This document shows, piece after piece, positions 18,872 through 28,013 of a stretch of 64,000 nucleotides of DNA (position 1 is its first letter; every line of letters begins with the position of its first letter). The stretch lies in assembly GCA_965279515.1 (NCBI GenBank), contig CBDIID010000003.1, positions 4,064,001 to 4,128,000 of the forward strand, read 5' to 3'. The notes under the pieces are model-generated. The model was not told the origin of the DNA. It did not search any database and saw only the letters and a list, made by a program, of their open reading frames with translations. A program made the position numbers and the translations under genes. Source of the DNA: Turneriella sp. Lineage in GTDB: Bacteria; Spirochaetota; Leptospiria; Turneriellales; Turneriellaceae.

Positions 18872-20124
18872 CTGATCTCCTTATTTTTTCCGCGCATACT
18901 CATGCGGGCTTGGACAAAAGGAATTCCGCGTCCTTTGAGCAGCACATACCAATAGACAAAACGAAACAGCAGTTTTCCCAGGTGGTTAAGCCAGCTCTCT
19001 TTCAGAAGAGCAAACGGACCGATCACGGGGACAGGGAAGCGACCGGGCAGGGGTTCTTGCTCGTAGTTAAAATCGACCATAAACCCTTTGTGAAATCCCG
19101 ATTCGATAAAGCAGTTTGCATGCCCATCGAAGTTTTGGGGCCAAGGCCGATTCTCTATGTAGGCCACAAGGTTGGCTGTCAGCACTTCAGCCTGGAAGTG
19201 CGCGACAGAGCCCGCTTTCGAAGAGGGCAGGTCGGTGGCGTCGCCCAGTACAAAAATATTGGGTTTGATTTTGGATTGCAGTGTGCCGGGGTCGGTGGGA
19301 ATAAAATGCAGTTCGTCGCCGAAGCCTGATTTTTCGACGGCAGGCGAACCCATGTTGGTCGGCACTGTCACCAGCAGATCGTAAGGCACCTCGGTGCCGC
19401 CATACGAGATCATTTTTTTACCGGCAGGGTCGATTTGCTCGATATGAAATTCAGGTACAACGCTGATATTGCGGCGTTCGAGCAGATCCCCTAACACCTT
19501 TGCGGCGACAGGTTTTGTAAAAGCTCCGGAAAGCGGCGTTACGTAGCTCAGATGTGTTTTGCTGCGGATGCCTTTTTTTGTCAGAAACCAGTCGGCCAGC
19601 AGCGTGAACTCGAGCGGCGCCACGGGGCATTTGATCGGCATTTCTGTAATGTGTACAACGAGATCTCCCCCCGTGAAATTCTGTAATGCGGGAAAAAGCG
19701 CGGCTGCGCCCGCAGGGGAATAGAAATCAAAAACATTTTTTAACCAACCATCGCCTTCCAGCCCCGCAGTTTCGGAAGGCACCGTACGGCAACCCGTCGC
19801 AACAATGAGTATGTCATAAGCCAGCTGGATGCCACCCTGCAGGTGTACTGTATCTGTCTCCGGCGAAATGGCCTCGATCCCGGTGTTCATCCAGCTCACC
19901 CTCTTGGGCAAAAGATTTTGTTTTTTCCGGGTGATTTGCGGCAGGGTATATTTGCCGAACGGCACAAATAGCAGGCCGGGCTGGTAGATATGGTCGGGGC
20001 TTTCGTCCACCAGGGTGATATGCCAGTCGCGCAGGGATTTCTGCCTGCACAAATGATGCGCCATGATGGTGCCGGCAGTACCTCCGCCCAGAATCAGTAT
20101 TTTCTTACCCGCCATGTTTTTCAT
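18868..20124 (-). CDS. sqr: Sulfide:quinone oxidoreductase
   Basis: GGGTAG, YQPGLLF, IKCPVAPLEF, GDAT, FDGHANCFIE. Confidence 0.85.
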   Translation of the reverse strand: MKNMAGKKILILGGGTAGTIMAHHLCRQKSLRDWHITLVDESPDHIYQPGLLFVPFGKYTLPQITRKKQNLLPKRVSWMNTGIEAISPETDTVHLQGGIQLAYDILIVATGCRTVPSETAGLEGDGWLKNVFDFYSPAGAAALFPALQNFTGGDLVVHITEMPIKCPVAPLEFTLLADWFLTKKGIRSKTHLSYVTPLSGAFTKPVAAKVLGDLLERRNISVVPEFHIEQIDPAGKKMISYGGTEVPYDLLVTVPTNMGSPAVEKSGFGDELHFIPTDPGTLQSKIKPNIFVLGDATDLPSSKAGSVAHFQAEVLTANLVAYIENRPWPQNFDGHANCFIESGFHKGFMVDFNYEQEPLPGRFPVPVIGPFALLKESWLNHLGKLLFRFVYWYVLLKGRGIPFVQARMSMRGKNKEIR

Positions 20125-22508
20125 GCGGGTTTCGGGCGGTGTTCAATTTCGGCAGCCTGTTTTTTGACCGCGATAAACCGCTCAGGGTCGACAGAGATGG
20201 AATCGATGCCTGTCTCAATCAAAAATTCACAAAACTCCGGATAGTCGCTCGGCGCCTGGCCGCAGATTCCCACGGTAATGCCGGCCTGATGCGCCTTAGT
20301 GATGGTTTGCCGGATCAGTTCTTTGACTGCCAGGTCACGCTCATCGAAAAGATAGGCGAGGCGATCTGAGTCACGGTCAATACCCAGCGTGAGTTGCGTG
20401 AGATCGTTACTGCCGATGGAAAAGCCATCAAACTTTTCCGCAAATTTATCCGCGAGGATTGCATTCGAGGGAATCTCGCACATCATATAAAATTTCAGCC
20501 CCTCATCGCCGCGGTGCAGGCCATGCCGGCCCACTTCGGCGAGTACCTGGTCTGCCTCGGCCAGCGTGCGCAGAAACGGTATCATGATGTGGATATTGGT
20601 AAATCCGCACTCGGCGCGGGCGCGTTTGACGGCCGCACATTCCAAGGCGAATCCCTCCCGGTATGCCTCGCTGTAATACCGCGAAGCGCCCCGGAAGCCG
20701 ATCATGGGATTTTCTTCGGCCGGTTCAAAATATTTTCCGCCGACGAGATTGGCATACTCGTTGGTCTTGAAGTCGCTCATCCGCAGAATAACCGGATTGG
20801 GAAACCGCGATGCGGCGATGCTGCAGATGCCCGAGCAGAGTTTTTCGACAAAATAATCTTTTTGATCGGCAAACCCCTGTGTGAGGCCGGCTATCTGTGC
20901 AACAACTTCCGCATCCGTAACAAGTTCCGGGTGGACCAAAGCCATCGGGTGAATCTTGATGCGGTCGCTGATGATAAATTCCATGCGCGCCAGGCCAATA
21001 CCGTCGGCAGGTAACTGCCACCAGTCGAGCGCCGTATCGGGGTTCGCCATGTTGATCATGATTTTCGTGCGGGTGTCGGCGAAATGGTCGATGCGCTCGC
21101 TCGCGATCGCGAAGTTAAGTTTTCCGGCAAAAATTTTACCGGTATTGCTTTCTGCGCAGGAAAGTGTAATCTCCTCGCCCTGCGCGATGCTGCTCGTGGC
21201 ATTTCCGCAGCCGATAATCGCGGGGATGCCCAGCTCGCGGCTGATAATCGCGGCATGCGACGTTCGGCCGCCGTGGTCTGTGACGATGCCCGCCGCCTTC
21301 TTCATGATCGGAACCCAGTCGGGGTCCGTCATCGTCGCAACGAGTATGGATCCTTCGCGGAAGTCGGCGAGATCTTTTACGTCGCGCACGACACACGCTT
21401 TGCCGGCGACGATCTTACTGCCGATAGCAAGGCCGCTTGCCAAAAGCCGACCTTTGTCGAGCATGCGGTATTTTTCAAAGATCCCGGTGTCGCGCCTGGA
21501 TTGTACGGTTTCAGGACGCGCCTGGACGATATAGAGTTTGCCCGTAAAGCCATCCTTCGCCCATTCGATATCCATCGCTTTGCCGTAATGCTGTTCAATG
21601 ACCATGGCCCAGCGGGAGAGATCGATGATTTCAGAATCCTTGAGCACAAACGCAGAACGTTCATAGATACTCGTCGGTTGTGTTTTGACAGAATGCGCCG
21701 AGTCGCGTGTATAGATAATCTTTGTTTCTTTTGATCCCGTAGTTTTTTGCAAAATGGGTCGGTCGGCTTTCCCGATCAGGGCTTTGAATACGCGGTATTC
21801 GTCGGGATCAACCAAACCCTGTACGACGCTTTCGCCCAAACCCCAGGCCGCATTGATGGTTACGTTGCCGGGAAAACCGTTCTCCGTATCGATCGTGAAC
21901 ATGACCCCAGCACCGGCAAGGTCGGAGCGGATCATTTTCTGGATACCGATGGAAAGATAGACCTTCATATGATCAAAACCCTTGCTTTCGCGGTACGAGA
22001 TCGCCCGATCGGTAAAAAGCGAGGCATAACACTGCAGGCAGGCTGTGAGCAGTTTTTTATCGCCGCGGATATTCAGGTATGTCTCCTGCTGGCCGGCGAA
22101 GGAGGCATCGGGCAGGTCTTCCGCGGTCGCGCTGCTGCGCACGGCGACGTCGGTTTCGGCTGCCTGGTACTCCGCCGAAAGTTTGGTATAACACTGAGAA
22201 ATCTCGCCGGCGATGTGCCCGGGAAAGCTGCCGCCCAGGATCAGGTCGCGAATGCTTTTTCCTGCCACTGACAGGGAAATTTTTCCGCTTTTCATTTGCT
22301 GCAGAAGGGCAGTAATGGGAGCGGAGAGATTATTCTTTTCCAGAAACTCGCGGTAAGCGAGGGAGGTCGTTGCGTAGCCGAAGGGAACCGGGATACCTTT
22401 GGTCTTCAGGTTACGCGTCATCTCGCCCAGAGAGGCGTTCTTGCCGCCGACGATGCCGACGTCCTCGATGCCGATCTCGTCGAACCAGCGTATGTAGTTG
22501 CCTTTCAT
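20121..22508 (-). CDS. ppsA: Phosphoenolpyruvate synthase
   Basis: GGKNASLGEM, VRSSATAED, GGRTSHAAI, SIGSNDLTQ, ICGQAPSD. Confidence 0.95.
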   Translation of the reverse strand: MKGNYIRWFDEIGIEDVGIVGGKNASLGEMTRNLKTKGIPVPFGYATTSLAYREFLEKNNLSAPITALLQQMKSGKISLSVAGKSIRDLILGGSFPGHIAGEISQCYTKLSAEYQAAETDVAVRSSATAEDLPDASFAGQQETYLNIRGDKKLLTACLQCYASLFTDRAISYRESKGFDHMKVYLSIGIQKMIRSDLAGAGVMFTIDTENGFPGNVTINAAWGLGESVVQGLVDPDEYRVFKALIGKADRPILQKTTGSKETKIIYTRDSAHSVKTQPTSIYERSAFVLKDSEIIDLSRWAMVIEQHYGKAMDIEWAKDGFTGKLYIVQARPETVQSRRDTGIFEKYRMLDKGRLLASGLAIGSKIVAGKACVVRDVKDLADFREGSILVATMTDPDWVPIMKKAAGIVTDHGGRTSHAAIISRELGIPAIIGCGNATSSIAQGEEITLSCAESNTGKIFAGKLNFAIASERIDHFADTRTKIMINMANPDTALDWWQLPADGIGLARMEFIISDRIKIHPMALVHPELVTDAEVVAQIAGLTQGFADQKDYFVEKLCSGICSIAASRFPNPVILRMSDFKTNEYANLVGGKYFEPAEENPMIGFRGASRYYSEAYREGFALECAAVKRARAECGFTNIHIMIPFLRTLAEADQVLAEVGRHGLHRGDEGLKFYMMCEIPSNAILADKFAEKFDGFSIGSNDLTQLTLGIDRDSDRLAYLFDERDLAVKELIRQTITKAHQAGITVGICGQAPSDYPEFCEFLIETGIDSISVDPERFIAVKKQAAEIEHRPKPA

Positions 22509-22537
22509 AGGCTATGCTTAGACTATTTTCCGGCCGA

Positions 22538-22581
22538 CTGCAAGTCGGCAGGTTACTTTGAAAATCGGGTAGAAGTACGTG
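22538..22581 (-). promoter_or_regulatory. Box CACGTA-CTTC-TACCCG, 22 bp before TTGCAG, upstream of ppsA
   Basis: Box at 22566..22581 on the minus strand. Confidence 0.6.
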
Positions 22582-22608
22582 AATATATCAGTCTATGCGA
22601 TGTGGCAG

Positions 22609-23211
22609 CTACGACGTAGCTCCAGGCTCTTTTCTATCATCCGGCCTGGGATATTGATTTTCCCAGGGCCACATTCTGGCCTCCGGGCTCTGCGGGTATT
22701 CCTCGGCAATTTCACTCATCGCGGCGTGAAAAACATCTTTATCCCGGTATCTAAGGTAATAGGCCATGCCTTTGAGCATAATCAAATGGGCAATGCGGGG
22801 ATTTGCCGGGTATTTTTTAATGAGGGCTTCGAGAATATCGGCGGCTTTGCCGTAGTCACCCCTGGGTAAAAGTAGCCTAACCTCGCCAATCCCCAGCGCT
22901 ACCAGGAAATCCTCAGAATTCAAAGCTCCTTCCATGAACCACACGGCCTCGCCGGAGCGATTGAGAAAATAAAAAGCAGGCGTCCAAACGGCGTTATAAC
23001 GCGCGCGGATATCAGGGTTTTTGAAAATATTCAACCGTACCGGAATAAATTTCCGGTTTACCTCATCGGCGACTGTTTCTGCGGAGAAGACCTCATGGTC
23101 CATTTTCAAACAGCCCGAACAATCCGGGCGAAAAAACTCAAGTAAAACCGGAAGCCGTGATTCCTTTGCTTTTTGCAGGCCAGCTTCGTAATTTTCAATC
23201 CAGTTGAGCAT
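22609..23211 (-). CDS. Thioredoxin-fold (CSGC) protein with C-terminal TPR-like domain
   Basis: LLEFFRPDCSGC, WTPAF; YPQSPEA TPR-like tail. Confidence 0.8.
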   Translation of the reverse strand: MLNWIENYEAGLQKAKESRLPVLLEFFRPDCSGCLKMDHEVFSAETVADEVNRKFIPVRLNIFKNPDIRARYNAVWTPAFYFLNRSGEAVWFMEGALNSEDFLVALGIGEVRLLLPRGDYGKAADILEALIKKYPANPRIAHLIMLKGMAYYLRYRDKDVFHAAMSEIAEEYPQSPEARMWPWENQYPRPDDRKEPGATS

Positions 23212-23270
23212 CAGTATAATACGGTCACTGAGGGGAGCGATCCCAAAAAGTCCGCAACTATCCGGTTATG

Positions 23271-23425
23271 TGCGCCTGAATGGAGTCGGTTCGCGCATGG
23301 CGAACCAAGCACACCTTCCGTGTGCGGTGCCCATTGGCCTGTCCATGGCGAAGGTCTAGCCAGCTGTGACCGTCTTCGGTCTCTGGAGCAAAATACACTG
23401 CATTTTGCGGAAGTGCTGCGGGCGC
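23271..23425 (-). pseudogene. Hairpin-expanded degenerate copy of tRNA-Arg
   Basis: Retains GCGCCCGcAGC, CAGCTGGcTAGA, AGGcCAATGG and GACTCCATTCaGGCGCA segments, separated by inserted hairpins. Confidence 0.7.
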
Positions 23426-23447
23426 TCGGAAAAAACAATCTAAATTG

Positions 23448-23521
23448 TGCGCCCGAATGGAGTCGAACCATTGACCTTCAGATTCGTAGTCTGACACTCT
23501 ATCCAGCTGAGCTACGGGCGC
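23448..23521 (-). tRNA. tRNA-Arg(ACG)
   Basis: GCGCCCGTAGCTCAGCTGGATAGAGTGTCAGACTACGAATCTGAAGGTCAATGGTTCGACTCCATTCGGGCGCA; CCA not encoded. Confidence 0.95.
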
Positions 23522-23569
23522 TGTTTACGGCGACCGTGGCTCCGCTTTTACGGTGCTACGGGCGCTGTT
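23511..23569. repeat. 15-bp direct repeat GCTACGGGCGCTGTT duplicating the tRNA-Arg 5' end
   Basis: Copies at 23511..23525 and 23555..23569. Confidence 0.8.
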
Positions 23570-23622
23570 AGGCTTTGTCTAAAAGGGTATTTTAGACACA
23601 CCGTCAATCGATTTAGGATTGA

Positions 23623-24600
23623 TCAGAGGGTCTTCAGCCACCCCAGTATCTCCGCCTTAATTTTGGCCTTATCGGTGCGCACATACTTGCTCATGAGAAT
23701 ATGGCTGCCATCGGCAATTTCAACCAGCTTGTTTTTAGTGTTTTTTAGCAGCGGAAAGTAGTTCCGGACCTTGCGGATGTCGATGGCGTCATCAGAGTGT
23801 TCGGCGTCCTGGTAATAAATCATGCCCAACGCGGGCGCCGTGACTTTTTCAAAGTTGTCTTTATTCACAACATAACGCCTGAGATTGTTCAGATTCACCA
23901 CCGCGGCGAATTTTTGCTTCGCCAGCCAGTATTTATAATAATCCGGGTGCTGGCGTTTTTCGGGGTCCTTTTTCCAGCGCGCGTCGCGGTCTTTGCCCAG
24001 CACCAGCTGGCCGAGTTCCAGACCGCCCGGGAAATTCAACAGGCGCGCACTCTTGTCGCCAAAATCCCAAAAGGGCGAGGCGAGAATCACAGCATGTAGT
24101 TTATCCGAATGCCGCGACGCGAGGTAGGTGGCCACAAGGGCGCCGGTCGAGGTGCCTATCAGGATTACCTTTTTGCCCAGCTTCGGCATCTGTAATAAGG
24201 CAGTTTCCATTTCCTGCAGATACTGGTCGAAGGTCGCCGCGGCATGCGCCTCGGCGGTCGAACCGTGGCCGGGCAGGCGGGCATAATAGATATTGGCATT
24301 CAGTTCAGAAGCGATGTCGTCGCCGGTTTCTTCGCCCTCGGCGCGCGTCGCGCCAAAGCCGTGGATATAGAGAATGGCATAACCGTCCTTTTCAGGGTTG
24401 TTGATTGTCAGTTTTTCCGTGAGACCTTCGGGAACACCGATGGCTTTGGAGAAGTTGATCCTGCGTTTGGCAAACTCCTCAAAGGTTTCGACAGGGGTTT
24501 CGGGCTGATAGACGTACTGTAGATTGCCATGCTTGCACCAGGCGCGGGTATAGAAAACTCCCCCCACCAAAAGTATAAACAGGAGTATTTTCTTCCGCAT
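23623..24600 (-). CDS. Alpha/beta hydrolase (esterase/lysophospholipase-like)
   Basis: YIHGF, LPGHG, GTSTG nucleophile motif; N-terminal TM. Confidence 0.85.
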   Translation of the reverse strand: MRKKILLFILLVGGVFYTRAWCKHGNLQYVYQPETPVETFEEFAKRRINFSKAIGVPEGLTEKLTINNPEKDGYAILYIHGFGATRAEGEETGDDIASELNANIYYARLPGHGSTAEAHAAATFDQYLQEMETALLQMPKLGKKVILIGTSTGALVATYLASRHSDKLHAVILASPFWDFGDKSARLLNFPGGLELGQLVLGKDRDARWKKDPEKRQHPDYYKYWLAKQKFAAVVNLNNLRRYVVNKDNFEKVTAPALGMIYYQDAEHSDDAIDIRKVRNYFPLLKNTKNKLVEIADGSHILMSKYVRTDKAKIKAEILGWLKTL

Positions 24601-24648
24601 GGCCTATTTACACTTGCCGGGTGACATCGGCGAGCGGAATTTGTGCCG

Positions 24649-27561
24649 ATGCCCCCCGCCAAGAAAACCAAAGCCAAACAAAAGAAGATTCTCGTCCTTG
24701 TCGACGGCCATGCCATGGCCTACCGTGCCCATTTCGCCTTCGCGGGCCAGAATCTGACCGACGATAAGGGCAATGCGACCGAAACCACGTTCGGTTTTTA
24801 CCGCATGCTCGCGAAACTCATCGCCGACAGAAAACCATCCCACATCGTGCTTTGTTTCGACCCAGGCCGTGACGCGAACCCGCGCTATGAAATGTTCAAG
24901 GAGTATAAGGGCAACCGACCGCCGATGCCCGACGAGCTGCGCCGCCAGATCGACGATATCCAGAAGATTGCTGTCGAGCTGAACCTGCCGCCGCTCATTG
25001 TCGAGGGCGCCGAGGCCGACGACACCATGGCGTCGATTGTCGAGCAGTACCGTGAAAATTTTGATAAAATCGAAATCGCCTCGGGAGATAAAGACCTCTA
25101 CAATATTCTCTACAAGAATGTAGTGATGCTGCGCTCGAAGATGGGCGTCTCTGACATGGAAGAGATCAACGAGGCATGGGTTAAAAATAAACTCGGCATC
25201 ACGCGCGAGCAGGTGCCCGATTATATGGCGCTGGTCGGCGATTCGGCGGATAACATTCCGGGGGTAAAGGGCGTCGGTGAGAAAACGGCCTCTAAACTCA
25301 TTCAGGATTTCAAAAGTCTCGAGAAAATCTACAAGAATATCGCGAAGATCAAGCCCGACGGCCTGAAGCTGAAACTCGAAACCAGCGAGAAGATGGCTTA
25401 TCTTTCGCAAAAACTTGTGACGCTCCGCAAAGATATCAAGCTCAAGGTAAAGCCTGACGCGATGGTGATGGAGCTCAGCCCTGAGAGCGCCAATATTTTC
25501 CGCCAGAGAAAACTGCCGGCCGTCGCCAACGAGTGGGAGAAACTTCTTAAATCGCAGGGTATCGCCGCCGCTGTGAATACAGCGGGAGCGCCTGCCGCCA
25601 AGGAAGGCAAGGCCGTAAAAAAAACCGCCACGAAGTTCTGCGCCGACATGACGACCGTGAAGACGGTAAGCGAACTGACGGCGCTGCTCAAGAAATTATC
25701 TTCACTCGCTGAAATCTGCGTCGACACCGAAACGACCGGGCTTTCGCCGCACGACGCACAGATCTTTGGTGTATCACTGGGCTGGCACGAGGGCAAGAAG
25801 CTGAAGAGCGCTTACATTCCCTTGCCGGGCAGCGACGGCGGCGCGGGGCTCAACCCCGATTATGCCGATGTCGACGCGCCGGAGAAAATGCTGCCGCACC
25901 TGAAAAGTTTTCTCGAAAACAAAAAAATTGCAAAGATCGGCCAAAACATCAAATTCGACCTGCAGGTATTCCGCACTGCCGGCATCGAGGTCGCTAACTA
26001 CGCCGACGATACCATGCTGATGTCGTACCTGCTGAACCCCAATGTCCGCAGGCATAATATGGACGACATGGCCGAAGACCATCTGCAATACAAAACCGTG
26101 ACATTCAGCGAACTCGTCGGCAAGGGCAAGGGGGCATTGCCCATCGGCGCGGTGCCGCTCGATAAGCTTAGCCACTATGCCTGCGAAGATGCCGAGGTGA
26201 CCCTCGCGCTGCGTGACGCAGTTTTCCCAAAAGTTAAAAAAGCGGAACTCGACAAGATCTACCACGACATCGACGTGCCGCTGGCCAAGGTGATCGCCGA
26301 GATGGAGTACGCAGGCGTCAGTATCGACCTGCCTTATCTCGCCGAGTTGTCGCGCGACTATAAAAAGAAGATTAGCACCGCGGAAAAACAGATCTATAAG
26401 CTCGCCGGCGAAGAATTCAATATCTCGTCGACGAAACAGTTGCAGACAATTCTTTTCGATAAGCTGAAGATTGAATCGCTGCGCAAGACCGAGAAGGGCG
26501 CGCAGTCGACCGACCAGAGCGTGCTTGAAGAGCTGAAAGACGCGCACCCGATCATGCATCCGATTCTCGACTACCGTATGTACACGAAACTTCTCAGCAC
26601 CTATGCGGAAGCTTTACCGCAGTATGTCGCCAAAGCCACCGGCCGGGTGCACACATCGCTTTCGCAGGTCACCGCGGCGACCGGCCGGCTCTCGAGTATT
26701 GATCCCAACCTGCAGAACATACCCATCAAGGGAGACGAAGGCTCGCACCTCAGGGCCGCGTTCATCGCGTCGAAGGGCAAAAAGCTTCTCAGTCTCGACT
26801 ACAGCCAGATCGAGCTGCGCATTCTCGCGCACTATTCAGGTGATAAGAATCTGATCGCGGCGTACCAGAACGACGAGGATATCCACGACCGCGCGGCCTT
26901 CATGTTGTTCCGTTCCCGTTTTGATGAAAAGAAGGGCACATTCGACGGACCGGGGCGCGACGTCGTCTTCGAGGTAAACACCGCGGAGCTCAAGAAGATG
27001 AAAGCGGCGCCGCATTTCTCAGACCTGCGTTCGCAGGCGAAGGTGTTGAACTTCTCGATCGTGTACGGTGTTACCGAGTTTGGTCTCAGCCGCAACCTAA
27101 CGATTTCGCGCAGCGACGCCAAAGAACTCATGGCGAACTACTTTGCGGCTTTTCCCGGCATCAAGAAGTACATGAACGAGGCGATTGAGTCGGCGCGTGA
27201 AAAGGGGTATGCCGAGAACCTCTTTGGCCGCCGCCGCACGATCGGTGATATGAACAATCCCAATCGTTTTGTGCGCGAGGGTGCCGAGCGCCTGGCCATC
27301 AACACTCCGGTGCAGGGTACAGCCGCCGATCTCATCAAAAAAGCCATGATTACAATTCAGGCGAAGATCAAGGCTGAAAAACTGAAATCCCGCATGGTCT
27401 TGCAGATCCACGACGAACTCTTGTTTGAGGTCGTGCCCGGCGAAGAGAAAGCGCTCGAGGCGCTGGCACGCAAGGAAATGGAAGGCATCGTTAAACTGAA
27501 GGTGCCGCTCAAGGCTTCAGGTGCTTTCGGGGCAAACTGGAACGAATGCAAGGGCGGCTAA
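24649..27561 (+). CDS. polA: DNA polymerase I
   Basis: 5'-3' exonuclease, DTETT 3'-5' exonuclease, PNLQNIP, DYSQIELR, QIHDEL. Confidence 0.97.
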   Translation: MPPAKKTKAKQKKILVLVDGHAMAYRAHFAFAGQNLTDDKGNATETTFGFYRMLAKLIADRKPSHIVLCFDPGRDANPRYEMFKEYKGNRPPMPDELRRQIDDIQKIAVELNLPPLIVEGAEADDTMASIVEQYRENFDKIEIASGDKDLYNILYKNVVMLRSKMGVSDMEEINEAWVKNKLGITREQVPDYMALVGDSADNIPGVKGVGEKTASKLIQDFKSLEKIYKNIAKIKPDGLKLKLETSEKMAYLSQKLVTLRKDIKLKVKPDAMVMELSPESANIFRQRKLPAVANEWEKLLKSQGIAAAVNTAGAPAAKEGKAVKKTATKFCADMTTVKTVSELTALLKKLSSLAEICVDTETTGLSPHDAQIFGVSLGWHEGKKLKSAYIPLPGSDGGAGLNPDYADVDAPEKMLPHLKSFLENKKIAKIGQNIKFDLQVFRTAGIEVANYADDTMLMSYLLNPNVRRHNMDDMAEDHLQYKTVTFSELVGKGKGALPIGAVPLDKLSHYACEDAEVTLALRDAVFPKVKKAELDKIYHDIDVPLAKVIAEMEYAGVSIDLPYLAELSRDYKKKISTAEKQIYKLAGEEFNISSTKQLQTILFDKLKIESLRKTEKGAQSTDQSVLEELKDAHPIMHPILDYRMYTKLLSTYAEALPQYVAKATGRVHTSLSQVTAATGRLSSIDPNLQNIPIKGDEGSHLRAAFIASKGKKLLSLDYSQIELRILAHYSGDKNLIAAYQNDEDIHDRAAFMLFRSRFDEKKGTFDGPGRDVVFEVNTAELKKMKAAPHFSDLRSQAKVLNFSIVYGVTEFGLSRNLTISRSDAKELMANYFAAFPGIKKYMNEAIESAREKGYAENLFGRRRTIGDMNNPNRFVREGAERLAINTPVQGTAADLIKKAMITIQAKIKAEKLKSRMVLQIHDELLFEVVPGEEKALEALARKEMEGIVKLKVPLKASGAFGANWNECKGG

Positions 27562-27708
27562 ACCGCCGGTTGAGCGCTCGCAATCGGCTTGACGGTGTGT
27601 CTTTTTGATTGGTTTCTCCGCCTGCCCCATCTTAAGGGTGGGGTTGTTAAGGAGCACGTAGTGCCCCTTAAAGAAAAATAATACCCACCACCGCAGGTGG
27701 TGGGCCAG

Positions 27709-27790
27709 GCTCGGGTGGTGGAATTGGTAGACACGTACGCTTGAGGTGCGTATGCTTTACGGCGTGGGGGTTCAAGTCCCCCCTCGAGTA
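27709..27790 (+). tRNA. tRNA-Leu(GAG)
   Basis: GCTCGGG/CTCGAGT acceptor stem, TACGC-TTGAGGT-GCGTA anticodon arm, long variable arm, GGTTCAAGTCC. Confidence 0.95.
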
Positions 27791-27829
27791 CATTTTGCCC
27801 GGTAAACCCGGGTCCGGGGAAATCCCGTT

Positions 27830-28012
27830 ATGAATCAAAAAGACGGCGCCAGGCGTGCCGAAGATGATCTTGCAGATTCCATCGCCAGTCTGTGGCAGAA
27901 AATCGACAGTGAAGCTGCTGCGGCAAAAAACGCCGAAACCATGAAGTCCGAAGCCCTGATTCTCGAATGGGCGGGCAAACTCGCAGAAATCCTCAAAGGC
28001 CAGCGCAAATAA
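27830..28012 (+). CDS. Small hypothetical protein
   Basis: 60-aa ORF ending 1 bp before the HAD gene start. Confidence 0.55.
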   Translation: MNQKDGARRAEDDLADSIASLWQKIDSEAAAAKNAETMKSEALILEWAGKLAEILKGQRK

Positions 28013-28013
28013 T

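Noticed and set aside
22609..23211. Selenoprotein thioredoxin
   Set aside because: The motif is CSGC with no in-frame TGA
23269..23288. Classical attL/attR pair bounding the 2.5-23 kb island
   Set aside because: The tRNA 3'-end copy is adjacent to the tRNA; no second copy was found at the far end of the island and there is no integrase
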